DNA from: Octopus bimaculoides
Taxonomy: Eukaryota
Reading direction: 5' to 3'
Assembly (NCBI RefSeq): GCF_001194135.2
Contig: NC_068999.1
Location: forward strand, 17,508,195 to 17,547,875
DNA: 39,681 bases
The notes under the pieces: model-generated
Databases searched by the model: none
What the model saw: the letters and a program-made list of their open reading frames with translations, nothing else
Told to the model about the DNA's origin: nothing
In this document: piece after piece, positions 12,280-25,480 of the stretch
How positions within the stretch are numbered: the first letter of the stretch is position 1
How the letters are laid out: every line of letters starts with the position of its first letter
Translations under genes and position numbers: made by a program

Positions 12280-14372
12280 GGCATAATACATAAAAACAAG
12301 AGCAGTTCGCTTAACTAAACTACCCGCTCGTTAATCATAATGATATTAGCCTAGCATATGTAATTAAATATAAAATAATTGCTAGACCGAATAGTTATGC
12401 CATAATATGTATCAAAACTGCACCTCTGTGTTACTTTTAGACACCAAACGAGAATATCAATACCTTCCGTTTACCCCAGTTTCCAGTTATAGCTTAAGGA
12501 GAAGTGAGACTATAGTGAAAGTCGCATGTCCACACAGTTATACTGAACCGCTTAATTACACATTCGTCAATAAAATCCTGCTCTCCATATTTGGAGGCTG
12601 GTGACAAACGCACACACATATTCAGAGATATATTTCTGCCTGTATATTCATCTCTTTGTTTGAGTTTTATTCTTCTTAAGAGAGCTCAAGCCCGTCGCTA
12701 ACAAAGTGACATGATATTTAGATTGAAGATAATTTCCAGTGTTTTTAGATGTGTGGTTGAGTAGATGTGTTGGTTGAGCTGTTGTTGCATAAATCCGAGT
12801 GTGTTCATCTATTCATAAAAAGAATCTCACGTGGAGAATCTTTGGAATGCTTTAATATTTGCTGTGTCGCTAATAGAGAATCCGCGTCTTTTTGTTGTGC
12901 TCTTTCATCAAACATTTTAATATTTGTAGATTTTCGTATAAATTTGTGGGCATAGAGATTAATACACCTATAATGATAGGTACAAATGAGAATTTATAAT
13001 GAGGGCACGAAAGCTGTAAATTGCACAATAATTTACCATAAATGCTTTCCTTCTCCGGTACTTTTCATGATACATTCACATCCGATGTGGATTTGCAGCT
13101 GACTTCTACAACAGTGCTTGGGTTTTGTTCCCTGTCCCACAGAACAATATCAGATCTGTTATATTCCGCCGAGGTCGGAATATAAGATATTTATAGCTTT
13201 CATCATTAGAGACAGGGGAGATAGACAACTCATTAACTTACGCGTCATTTGTCTGGCTGACAATCATCCTCGGTTCACTATTGTATGTGTGTTTGTGTAT
13301 ATGTATGTATGTATGCATGCATGTATGTATGTATGTATGTATGTCCTTCAGAATATTTGTACATATCTGAACATCTATGAGCCTACTGTACAATGATAAT
13401 GTCGCTGAACCGAATCTTTTGAACGATGACGAACTCAAAATGCAATAACCGAAACTGCAGGATATTTCCTATGACTCCGTACTATTTCCGCCAATCTAGC
13501 AGAGTGAGATATTGCTTTATAATATAATTTCAATCATAAAATCGTATTTCCTCTTGATAGAACTTTTAATGCCGTATCATGTGTCACTACATATTCTGTT
13601 ACTCTAGCTTTTTTAAATAGTGTCCATATCACATAGAATAATATAATCTCTTTCAACGTAGTGGTCATTGTTGTCCGAGATACAATACGTCTAAACAATA
13701 ATGTTCTCTCATTAGGCGCTTTACTGGTAGATTTAGACAACCAGAACTCTCCAGACGCTAGAGAAAAGTAAAATATTGCCAGGGTTTCTTCTAACATCGC
13801 CACCGGCATTCTTCAGTAATGAATCCGAAAGACATATTTAAATATACTGTAGTGTATGTCATGGGATATATCAATTACACGATAACCATTTTGTCTCTAA
13901 AACATTATAGGTTTTATGCATTTTGTTATGTTGTTTGTTTCTGCAACTTTTTCCAGCAAAAGTGAAAGAAATCAGAATTATAGACGCCAATGAACACAGA
14001 CATCTGTTCGTCTCCTCTGCCTAACAATCATGACAACCTATGATTTGGTTAGGGCCTTTCGTTTAGGCTATTTATCTATTTATATTCTTCATCGATTAAC
14101 CATTGCGACGGTAATCAATCAGGCAACATCACCTCTATTTGCAGGTCACGGCAACAATAAACTGAAAATCTATTCATGCAATACTGACACGAGATACACT
14201 TAAGTAGTTAGAACTACGGGACTGGACACTGAATGAAAATGAAGAGATTTAAATTAGATATTATTAGCGTTTATTAGTTACTGGTGCACTTTAACCACTA
14301 ATATAATTGCAATCAGAATAAAGTGAATTAATCTAAGATAATAGTGAGAAAAATATTATGCTAATATATATA

Positions 14373-14420
<48 letters not shown>

Positions 14421-16957
14421 CATACATATATATACCAACACATACACACACACATGTATATGTGTGCTTGTGTGTGTGTGTGTGCGTGCGTGTGTCTGTC
14501 TGTATGTCTGTCTCTCTATCTGTCTGTGCTTGTGTCTGTGCGAAATTCAGAGATTAAGGTCACTTATTAAGTGTCTGTAAAGTTTCTCAGTGAAATGAAT
14601 TTAGTTTGACATTTAAACGAGATACCAAATATACTATTTATGAATTTAATATATATTCGGAATTATTATGTCTTCAGATGAGTTGAATATATTTTAGTCT
14701 CGTACACTGAAATAGGGGGAAAATGAGACACTCACAGTATGTATATATATATACTCTATTTCACCTTTGCGCAACCCCACTAGATTCGTTCGATACCTAC
14801 AAATCGCTTTCTGTTATATTTTGGTATATGTATAATTATTATTATTTCTTTCCTTGCATATATTCGTAAGGCTTCGTTCTGTTATATATGCATGATTCTT
14901 TATATTTATATAATGTCTTATAATTGTTGTACTTATAAAACATCTTGTTTGATTCTGTCTTAGTATGCATTCATTAGCTCTTTTCCCATTAGCTTTATAA
15001 CAGCACTGGCGTCTCCAAAATCGAGGGATCTCAATATTAATGGCTCAAAACCACTATGATATATTTGGCCATTGCCTAAATTTCCTGTCCGTTAAGTTTC
15101 GTGTAGTTTCATGTTTGGTCTGATTTCCTTCAACTCTTTCATCTTTGTGTTCTTTCTGTTTAATCCTTGATACACATACCCTGATGGGGTGTTTATGTAT
15201 ACAAACTATACCTGAATACACCTTTTGATCAATACATGATCTAGCTAACGCTGGAGAGCAGGAATATTGTCTCATTGATTCAATCATTTTGTTAGTGACG
15301 GTTCAATGGTCATTGTTCTATTTCATTTTACGTAGTCAATAGTGGATGATGTCACAGTAACAAAGAACTATGAAGCATTTGTCCGATTTTGTGGAAATCT
15401 GTAATAGATACGTTTTCCAGCAACTATTGAGAATTCAGTATCAGCAGCCATCTTCATTAAAACAAATCTTGAGTGAGGGCATTCAAAGCAGATACAATAA
15501 ATCTTAATATGCATGTGCACGCATGCATGTGCGCACGTGTAGTTTCGAAGAAAAAAAAATAGCTATTGAGAAAACTGAGACTGAACCTATTATCTGATAA
15601 TTGTCAAAGAGCCGAGAAAATATTGACTAAATATGTACATGTGTTTTTGTATAAAGCAATACCTTTTAATACAAAATACATATACACATACCTGAAAACT
15701 GCGTAAGCAGCACATTTAGAGATATATTTCAAAATCTTTGTTATTTTGTAAACTATATATTTTAAGCTTTTGTTTAATACATTAAAAAACAAAATCAGGA
15801 CACTAGCAATCTACTGACGACAAATTATGTCAACTTTATTTGGATCTAGTAACGCATTATTGCATATAATCCTTTTAATTATCTGTAACAAAGTAAACAT
15901 TTGTATGTCAGTTAATCTGTAAATTGAGGAATAATTGTTACAAAAAGAAGAGTAAAATTTAATCACAAAGGAAGACAAATGTTCTCGCCTTGGTGCTGTT
16001 GTTGCCTTCGCCGATTCACATGATCTTTCTGATGCAACTCACTTCCATAACAACGAATTTGAATTGGGTTACTTCAGTCATGGTTAATCTTCCATTAACT
16101 TTTTACACAACAATGGACGCCGCTCCTATGGATACATTGCAGTTACTCTCTTGATAGTGCTTGGTGATCCTGATCGTTGATCTACTAGGATTCGTCGGCT
16201 AAGCATCAATGTAAGAAACACAGTTGGCTCAGTTGAGCTCGTCCGCTCCCTATTCGCAATCAACCAGGCCGTAGTCCTATGACTTCACCGTATTCCTAGC
16301 AAAATGGCTGAACGGGATTTATATCTTCTGAAAAGCAACCCGTAATTATGCAGGGCAATGTCGTAACTTCTTGTGGTATTTTCAAAATACCGGCTACAGG
16401 AGTATTAATAACTATTTTCTCCCCGTATAAATAGACAATAGAAATACAAATTTCACCACAATGATATTCGATCTGTGAAGAATTTCCAAGCATTAATGCC
16501 TCAACTACTCTACCTACTGAATATTCAGGCTTCTAAAGACTAATGTGATTTATAATGGGAAGCACTAAGGACAAATATGTGATACGGACAACTTGTACAA
16601 TTGCCCAAAGTATTTGGGTATCAATTAATTATAACAGAATTAGATCTATAACAGAATTAGTAACGCGTTCTCGTTATAAAGGGAAGATTATCTACATAAT
16701 TTGGAACCATGCCAAAGTGAACCGTAATTAGTTAGTTTGAAGAAGCATACGTTATTGTATAAACAATACTTGAAGGCATAGAAATGTTTCGTTTCATGTA
16801 TTTTATGTACTTCAAGTATTTATATACATTCATGACATTCTATATGCTAGCGGTTTTTGGTGAATGTATCAATTAAGATGAAGAACGCCATCTGCTGAAA
16901 GCACTGTTATGTATAAATGTGTAAGTGATGATTGTGTATGGATGAGAGAATGTGGGT

Positions 16958-16963
<6 letters not shown>

Positions 16964-17046
<83 letters not shown>
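16964..17046. repeat. Long (TA)n microsatellite
   Basis: Perfect ta run of ~80 bp. Confidence 0.95.
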
Positions 17047-17053
<7 letters not shown>

Positions 17054-17835
17054 AGAGCGAGAGAGCGAAAGAGCGAGAGCAACAATGAGAGTGTGAAAGT
17101 GTGGGCTTTGTATAAACCCGTTGGCATATGTTTTATGTTCACTGAAACATGTATGTCGGCAAACATTATAGAATACTAATGCTATTTTAACCTATTTCAC
17201 AAAGCATTTTTCTATGTCGATGGATGATGGTTTTGTCATTTTTACTAGTAATTTATCTCTTATCCATTTTCAACATGGTCCGTTATTGTGTAAAGTCCTA
17301 AATGATAGCAATCCACTTTTATCTACAGTATATAGTTCACATATACCATATACATCACGCATATTCATACAAACATTCGTGTTTGCATATGACTATAAAT
17401 CCCTAGACATGTTTATATATACATATACATACATACATACATATATATATATNNNNNNNNNNNNNNNNNNNNNNNNNNNNNNNNNNNNNNNNNNNNNNNN
17501 NNNNNNNNNNNNNNNNNNNNNNNNNNNNNNNNNNNNNNNNNNNNNNNNNNNNNNNNNNNNNNNNNNNNNNNNNNNNNNNNNNNNNNNNNNNNNNNNNNNN
17601 NNNNNNNNNNNNNNNNNNNNNNNNNNNNNNNNNNNNNNNNNNNNNNNNNNNNNNNNNNNNNNNNNNNNNNNNNNNNNNNNNNNNNNNNNNNNNNNNNNNN
17701 NNNNNNNNNNNNNNNNNNNNNNNNNNNNNNNNNNNNNNNNNNNNNNNNNNNNNNNNNNNNNNNNNNNNNNNNNNNNNNNNNNNNNNNNNNNNNNNNNNNN
17801 NNNNNNNNNNNNNNNNNNNNNNNNNNNNNNNNNNN

Positions 17836-17883
<48 letters not shown>

Positions 17884-20069
17884 ACATACGTATATGTACA
17901 TATGTACATATATGTACATATATATATATATATGTACATTCGAAGGCAGTGTCAAAATCTCATGCACTAAACTTAAATAAAACGCATAAACATTTTGTGA
18001 TGGCAAACAGAAGAAAATAACGCAAAATAGATGAATACAGTTCACATATATTGGAAAACAGTCGCAAGAATCAGCCGCGTGTGTAACTATTTGGAACATC
18101 TAAATAACGATAGTGTGAATTATGTGTGCGTGTTTCAAGTATATATAGGTATATGTATCTCTAATTACATGAAACCATATGCCGTCACGTACAGACATAT
18201 AAATGTTTTGAAACGCATGTGCAATTTTTTGTATCAGTTAAATATGCAATTGATAGTATAGAGCAGTTACTATAAAATGTTTTATACCTCACTAATTTTA
18301 AATTAAATGTTTCAGTTTATTAACTGAATATAAGAACTTGTTACCATATCACTCTATTGATCAGACCATCAGATGTGTTATACACAGCTGGTCTCATTTT
18401 CTTCACATTTTGGCAGCTGTCGAGCGATGTTACCGCATTGTCTTGGCGAGCAGTCCAAGGTTGCCTTTAAGCATATATGAAAATATATTTATAAATAATA
18501 AAGTTGGATATACATTGTAAGATCATTGTTCCTGCATTATTATTCTTAATCATACCCATACTGATGCTCTATCGTTGTAATTCTGAGTAATATTTCCAGT
18601 GAAATTGAGACCAGAAGGAGGTATAGTTATCCGTAGACCGAAGGCCTTGTTCAAAAGAGCGAATCTTGCAAGCGGAATACATACACAAGAACGCTGTTTA
18701 AATGTGATCGTAAAACTGCATAGTATCCAAACCTAATTTAAGTAAATTCGACATATATCCTCTATAAAATTCCTTTCACCTATATTTTCTCAACTTGATA
18801 TTTATGCATAAAATCATATTTAGCCTGTCGTGTAGTGAGATTGAAAGCAAACTACATGTTTCAGAAGCTATCCTTTATTCCTGCATTTGTTACAATGTCC
18901 AATCGATCATCCAGAAGAAAACATTTCGATACGAATAAATCAAATGCTTTACGGAATGTTCACTTATCCAATAACAACTTCTCTCATTCCCTCGCAACTG
19001 TAACAAAAAATGTTGCCACATCAAGCACATCATACGAATGCTACATAATATTTAAACCACGACTTAGCAAAATTGAAATATAAGTCCACACGCACTTTAA
19101 ATTATTAGATTACCTGTATGTAAGCAACAAAAGGTCGAAATATTCTGCTATTCTATAACACTTTGAGAAAACATGCAGTGGATCAGCATGTTAAAAATTG
19201 CAGCCGTATTTCTCAAAGGGAATCCGCCATGCATTTCAAAACGGACCGATACTTTTGATAATGTAGTCTCACTTAACTTATACCTGAAGAACAAAGACAA
19301 TGTAATCATGATCAGAGCGTTTTGTACCATGCATGTACTCAGTCAGGGCTGACTTAGAGATAAAGATCAGCACTAACGCAGAAAGCAATGAAATTTGTAT
19401 TGAAAATGTAATAGAATATCTTATTCTGTTGATCACGAATTCATGCTTTCTTGCATGACTTACAAATCAATGAATTGTTATGAACAGTAATTTTCACATT
19501 TTCTCAGAACATTCCTGAATAATATATATATAAACATCTGTATCGGACTGCATTAGAAAAGGCACGAATGTCATATTATCCTATTTCAGCCAAACTTTCT
19601 CTAAAATATGGACCATTGGTGCCTAGTCATAAAGAAAGCCAATATCTTTATTGCTTAAAACTAAAAGTTGTAGATATATGATGTGAAAGAAATAGGAATG
19701 TGTGAGCTGATATAAAATGAAACGCTATTTATGACTTACTAAACAGATTCCAAAGCAAGACAAATACTCTCTTTGCGGATAATTTAACACGGCACAACAG
19801 CTCCTTCCATAAGTGCTTCAATAGTATTGTCATGAAATCTAGAAGCAGCTTCCTGAATATCTTATCGAATTTTAGAACTGTAGATAATTCAATTTACCAC
19901 GCAGTTTTAGAAAATTGTTTCTTCATATGTGATTTAATATAATATATGTGTGTATTTAACGAATGTAGCTAAGAGGTATGTGACTGATAATCCGCAAGGG
20001 AGTGCGATAATATCAATGAATCCGTCAATATATCAACATATATATANNNNNNNNNNTGTGTGTGTGTAT

Positions 20070-20106
<37 letters not shown>

Positions 20107-20639
20107 TAGAGAAAAAGAGATAGGTAGATTAAGAGGTAGATAGACAGATAGATGCATAGAGATACATAGATACATTGATAGATGCTTAGATATATCGAAC
20201 GATGATAGATACATACATAAATTTCTATCAGTATACACACACATATACAGAGAGTGAGAGAGAGACTGTAGGAGAAAGACAGTGTGTGTATGTGTGTGTG
20301 AGAGAGTGAGAGAGAGACAGAGAGAAGGACTGCGCGTGTGAAATTATATAGAAGATATTAACCAAATTTATGTTTCGAACGACGTAAACAGCATATGTAT
20401 ACAAAACGTTTCTTGTGATGAGAATATCGAATAGGTCAATATGCCATTATAGTCAGTGATATCACCAATTTTGTAAGCAGTGGCTTCAAGGAGACTTAAG
20501 CTTGGTGCACAATAGACCATGCCGTTTCAAACACGGTTCATATATTCACAAACATTTGCTTCTTGTCTTTGTACCCATGAACTTATGCACGTGATGATTA
20601 TATCAAGATAATTTTAAACTTATGTCCGATATTATTAGA

Positions 20640-20642
<3 letters not shown>

Positions 20643-20731
<89 letters not shown>
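20643..20731. repeat. Long (TA)n microsatellite
   Basis: Perfect ta run of ~88 bp. Confidence 0.95.
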
Positions 20732-20733
<2 letters not shown>

Positions 20734-21726
20734 CATGTCTATATACCTATGCTGTGCATGAATGCGTGCATATGTTCATTTATATATACATTTGCATGTG
20801 TTTCTTATTATTGGATGCATAGCTGGATGTATATATACACAGAAATCCCATTGTGATGAAGACCGCTCAATGAACTGATGTAACCTCGAGTTGAACAATA
20901 ATGTGACAATTAGCTTGTAACTATATGTGCCTGGGTTCTGTAGCTGTCTGTGTTGTCTCAATTTTCTCCACTTAAGAAGTGTTGCCCTTATATTGACCAA
21001 ATGTGTTTCATGTTTTGAAAGATTCGAGCGCTGGACAGCGCAAGAAAACAGAGAGCAACCACAGAGAAATTTAGTAATTAAATAGCATTAAATTCGAACC
21101 AAATTCTATAAGGCATATGTATATTGGGAAAGTAGTTTCAAAATCACTTCGAAGTAAATAAGGGTAAGCTATATATCGAGTGATATTGCACAAGCAAAAT
21201 TCTATTTACATATGCGCCCACACAGAGACATACGCACCCTCACACACATACACACATACACACTCACTCAAACACACCATTGCAAATACAAGTACATTGT
21301 TATTCACGGCTGCTTAAAGCCGGGTACATATAAACATGCGAGCGAGAAAGGAACCATCCGTACACGCATTTAAACATACACCCGCCCACGTCACGCGAAC
21401 TCGCAGCACCTCACCATTTCTTCGAACACACATACCCATCCAAAATACTTTGATTCTGTCATGCAAGATGATTTCCTCCAGGTTATTTGAGCAAGTCAGC
21501 CAGGTGTAGCACATATTCACATATGATCTAACTAGCTCCATCTGTTGGTGTAAGCCGATCACAGGTGGTGCATAATGATATGCGTCCCAAATCGTTATAG
21601 CATATGTCCAGAACTTGAGCTATATAAGGTGATTCGTATCGTACATGCGAATGATTCAGAATAGTGGCGAGTTTATTCGATATCCCGCTAAAAAGTACCA
21701 GAGAAAGCTATGGCTAGTGCGCATAT

Positions 21727-21739
21727 GTACACACACACA

Positions 21740-21808
<69 letters not shown>
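21727..21808. repeat. (CA)n microsatellite
   Basis: Near-perfect ca run. Confidence 0.95.
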
Positions 21809-21810
<2 letters not shown>

Positions 21811-22135
21811 ATATATACGTGTGTGTGTGTATGATTCTATACCTAAGTATAGAGGCTACAAAGTCAGATGTTAGTGTATATTTTTGCTTACATTGTTCCT
21901 TGTTTTGGTAATGAAATTTGAATCAGTTCTATTTATTTACATTGTTCTAGGCATTATTCTTGTACATGTATGATTGAGCAACCTTTAATGTATGCAATAC
22001 TTCTTCTAGTAGCCGCAGCATATGCCTATAATGATATGCTCACTCCATATATCATAACAAAGAAATTTGTGTTGACATAAGAACAGCCTGGGATAATTGA
22101 TACTATAATAATATTTAATAACATAATACATTTGC

Positions 22136-22290
22136 AAGGTAGCGTGCTGGCAGAATCGTTGGTACCCCCGGCGAAAATACTTAGCTGTATTCCATACTTC
22201 TTTACCTTCTGATTTCAAATTCCACCGGGCTAAACTTTACCTTTTATCATTCTGGGGGTCGGTAAAATAAGCATCGGCTCCAATACACGC
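22136..22290 (+). mobile_element. tRNA-derived SINE family C (Deu/Nin-like central domain), degenerate
   Basis: Head gctggcagaatcgttgg, B-box-like gatttcaaattcc, then actttaccttttatcattctgggggtcggtaaaataag, which resembles the Deu/Nin-domain motif (ctttcatcctttcggggtcgataaa). A second copy lies at 29894-30050. Confidence 0.7.
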
Positions 22291-22372
22291 ATTGCCATCA
22301 CATCAACAACATCACATCATTTATTCTTCTTTAATTTAGCATTTGTTAGATAAAAACGGACTGCTTATTTAG

Positions 22373-22693
22373 AGTGAAGGCGCGTGGTTTATTGGTTCGG
22401 GTATTCGGCACCCGATCGGTCGTGAGTTCAATTCCCGGTGATGCATTGTGTCCTTGAGCAAGACACTTAATTTCACGCTGCTCCAGTCCACTCTGGTGGC
22501 AAAAAATGAGTAGTGCATATAATTCAAATGTCCTGCCTTGTCACGCTGAATCTCCCTGACGACTACGATAAAGGTACACGTGGCTGTGAAGTGCTCATCC
22601 ACATGTACGTTAACTTCACGAGCAGGCTGTTCCGTTGTAAAACTGGAACCCTCGTCGACATGACCTACGGATACCGGTTATTTATTTATTTAT
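22373..22693 (+). mobile_element. Full-length CORE-type tRNA-derived SINE (family B) with (TTTA)n tail
   Basis: Head aggcgcgtggtttattggttcgg, B-box-like gagttcaattccc (~22424-22436), and CORE-like tgtgtccttgagcaagacacttaatttcacgctgctccagtccactc...aaaaatgag (22446-22510). The 3' tail is homologous to positions 63-215 and ends in ttatttatttatttat. Confidence 0.8.
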
Positions 22694-22893
22694 AATACAC
22701 ACACTTACGCACTTATATATATATANNNNNNNNNNNNNNNNNNNNNNNNNNNNNNNNNNNNNNNNNNNNNNNNNNNNNNNNNNNNNNNNNNNNNNNNNNN
22801 NNNNNNNNNNNNNNNNNNNNNNNNNNNNNNNNNNNNNNNNNNNNNNNNNNNNNNNNNNNNNNNNNNNNNNNNNNNNNNNNNNNNNNNNNNNNN

Positions 22894-22936
<43 letters not shown>

Positions 22937-23756
22937 AAGAGTGAGAGAGAAATACAAGAATATGAATATCTGTGCGTCTGTGCAGAGTTATTTAAACACA
23001 TATATACACTTCTCACATGCTAAATAGTTTTTGACAAATATATATCGATTACAGTAAAATTTTCTTTTGTCAGTATTTTGTTCTTTGATACTTCAGCTTT
23101 TAAAAACGTGTTATTGTAATGTAAATATGCAATATATACTATTATATACAGTCAGATTTTGCAATATCATATGATTACGAAAAACCTTTTGCATAGCGTG
23201 TGGTAATGGGATGAGCATATGGTAACTGTTATTTTCACTTTATGACGATCCTCTAAGATTAACAAGTTTGCTTCAAGTAGGTAAGGCAGAGCCTCGATTG
23301 CCTCGTACGAAATGCATATCGGTATTTTGTTTCAGATCTTTGATGTTCAGATATAAGATTGCATCGAAGAAGATGTTGATCTTCATCCTACTGATGTCGA
23401 TGAAGAGTAGAATAAGTCGAAATTGAAAGTAGAGCTATACACATACAACAGATGTAAACAGATATATAGACACACATACATAGACGAGAGGTAGTGAAAT
23501 TGAGAGAATGAGTGATTCACACACACACACGCGCGCGTACGCACACACACACAATTACACACGCACAGAACCATAGACACATTCTTATAGAATGCATATG
23601 TACGTGTAATTAATATCTTCATAGGTGTTATTTGTGTACTTTCTGGACCGAATGAACTAAAATAGAAAGATATGTTAAATATATACTTTCGATAAAGAAA
23701 TAAATACAATTATCCCAAAACGCATACAGATGCATACATTAATACATACATACATG

Positions 23757-23789
<33 letters not shown>

Positions 23790-24313
23790 GCTCTCTCACA
23801 CATGAGGTTACATGCTATGCATATATATATATACATGAATATTTTACTAATAACAAATGCATTGTACTTTTGGGTTTATTTTAGAACTGCATAAGTATTT
23901 ATCTTTTACATCACGTGAGTTTCTGCCTAACACCAGAATCCTAGTCCTCAAACTTTTCTTGACCAAGTTCTTCCCAATTATCTTCAGCGTATTATCCTAG
24001 TCGTAAGTATTACTCAATAAATACTGCATCACTTTGTTGTAATAAAAAAGGGTGTTTCAGAGATCTCTATAGTTTAGTAACGTGCCTAGTGCATTATTTG
24101 TTTTGGGGCTCTTCGGTGATATTCTCACATTATTTCAGCTTCAACGTAATTTCTTAAATTTGTGCGGGCACACACATGTTTCGAAGAAAGGGAATTTATA
24201 TAAATGTATAAAATGAGTAGCAGTCACGGCAGGTATGAATGTTTTTGAGATACTAGTCAGACGTGCGAAGTTGTATTCATCAACACTCTACAAGAGAAAT
24301 ATAGTTTTTAGAT

Positions 24314-24435
24314 TCTTTTTCTGATCATTAAGTGTATGATGAAAGTGAGAATAATGGGTTGCTATAGAGTTATGATATTTAGGCTAAATGTTTGAGAGAA
24401 TATCTCTACCATACAGACATGGAATACTTTCTGCT
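24314..24435 (-). repeat. Left arm of a long inverted repeat (partner 25360-25480)
   Basis: The reverse complement of 24331-24435 matches 25360-25464 with 6 mismatches in 105 nt (hand count). Weaker similarity extends ~16 nt outward. Confidence 0.92.
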
Positions 24436-25359
24436 GGTTGTTTGGGAACAAATATACCAAAATAAAAAAATAAAAAAAAACAGAACAGAAGTTTCGGACA
24501 CATTTACCTATGTACAACAGTATTCAATCTAAATATAGGCAGAATACAAAAGTAACTTTAGTGCGAGTTAGCACCTATGTTAGTGATTGCGTGTGTGTGC
24601 ACATTAGACATTTCCAAAGAAAATTAATCATTTGTTGAAAGATTTTCTTAGCCACTGATAGTGTATCTACTGCACAGATACAAATATATTCTGATATTTA
24701 GGTCTATTGCTTAACGTATTGCCATCGTGACACAGAATGTGTTCTGTTATTTTATCCCACAATTATTAAAGCTACCTGGATCTGTCAAGAAACCATAAGA
24801 TGAAATGCATGCTATTTTCTAACATTACCAATATATATTTTATTTTTAATAATACAGTTTGTACTACAAAATACCAGGTGTGTTTTGTTTTAGATCTTGA
24901 AGTGAGACCTGGCTCTTAATTTTTCACCAAGGATGTGACCAGGAATATATTATATCGTGCATATATTTTTAATTGTAGGTGTGACATCTATATAGTAAAA
25001 CGCAAATTTTCGTGTTCTGTAGCTTATATATATATATATATATATATNNNNNNNNNNNNNNNNNNNNTATATATATAAATGAGATATATGACTCAATGAC
25101 TCACGCATACATATTACATTTACATGCTTTCTCAATCACAAACAAATCTTGTTTCTAACGGGTGTTATGGTTTCACACCAGCGTCTTCATATGCCAGGTA
25201 TTTCGAATAGGACTGACAGCACTATGACATGTCTTATGAATGTGTATAGGAGAAGGCAATTTTTCTGGATTTAAAATAAAGAAAAAACGCTGTTAGGAAT
25301 TTACATGAAGTGAATGTACCAATATGTATACGGGAATGTATACGTGAATAGCATAACAT

Positions 25360-25480
25360 AGCAGAAAGTACTCCATGTCTGTATGATAGAGATATTCTCT
25401 CAAACGTTTAGCCTAAATATCATAATTCTCTAGCAACCCATTATTCTCACTTTCATCATACATTTAACGATGGGAAAAAG
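25360..25480 (+). repeat. Right arm of a long inverted repeat (partner 24314-24435)
   Basis: agcagaaagtactccatgtctgtatgatagagatattctctcaaacgtttagcctaaatatcata...catcataca is the reverse complement of the left arm. Confidence 0.92.

Noticed and set aside
15960-16500. Relatively GC-richer stretch as a coding exon
   Set aside because: The frames I translated on both strands are interrupted by stops, and I recognise no motif.
19113-19284. Minus-strand exon (ttgtctttgttcttcag acceptor, cag|gtaatc donor)
   Set aside because: All three frames between the sites contain stops. A non-coding exon cannot be excluded but is unsupported.
19775-19855. Minus-strand peptide DIQEAASRFHDNTIEALMEGAVVPC
   Set aside because: Only ~25 codons between stops, weak splice signals and no family recognised.
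23270-23420. Short intron-like gtaagg...ttgtttcag followed by an acidic peptide
   Set aside because: Frames after the acceptor stop early, so a chance splice-like match is likely.
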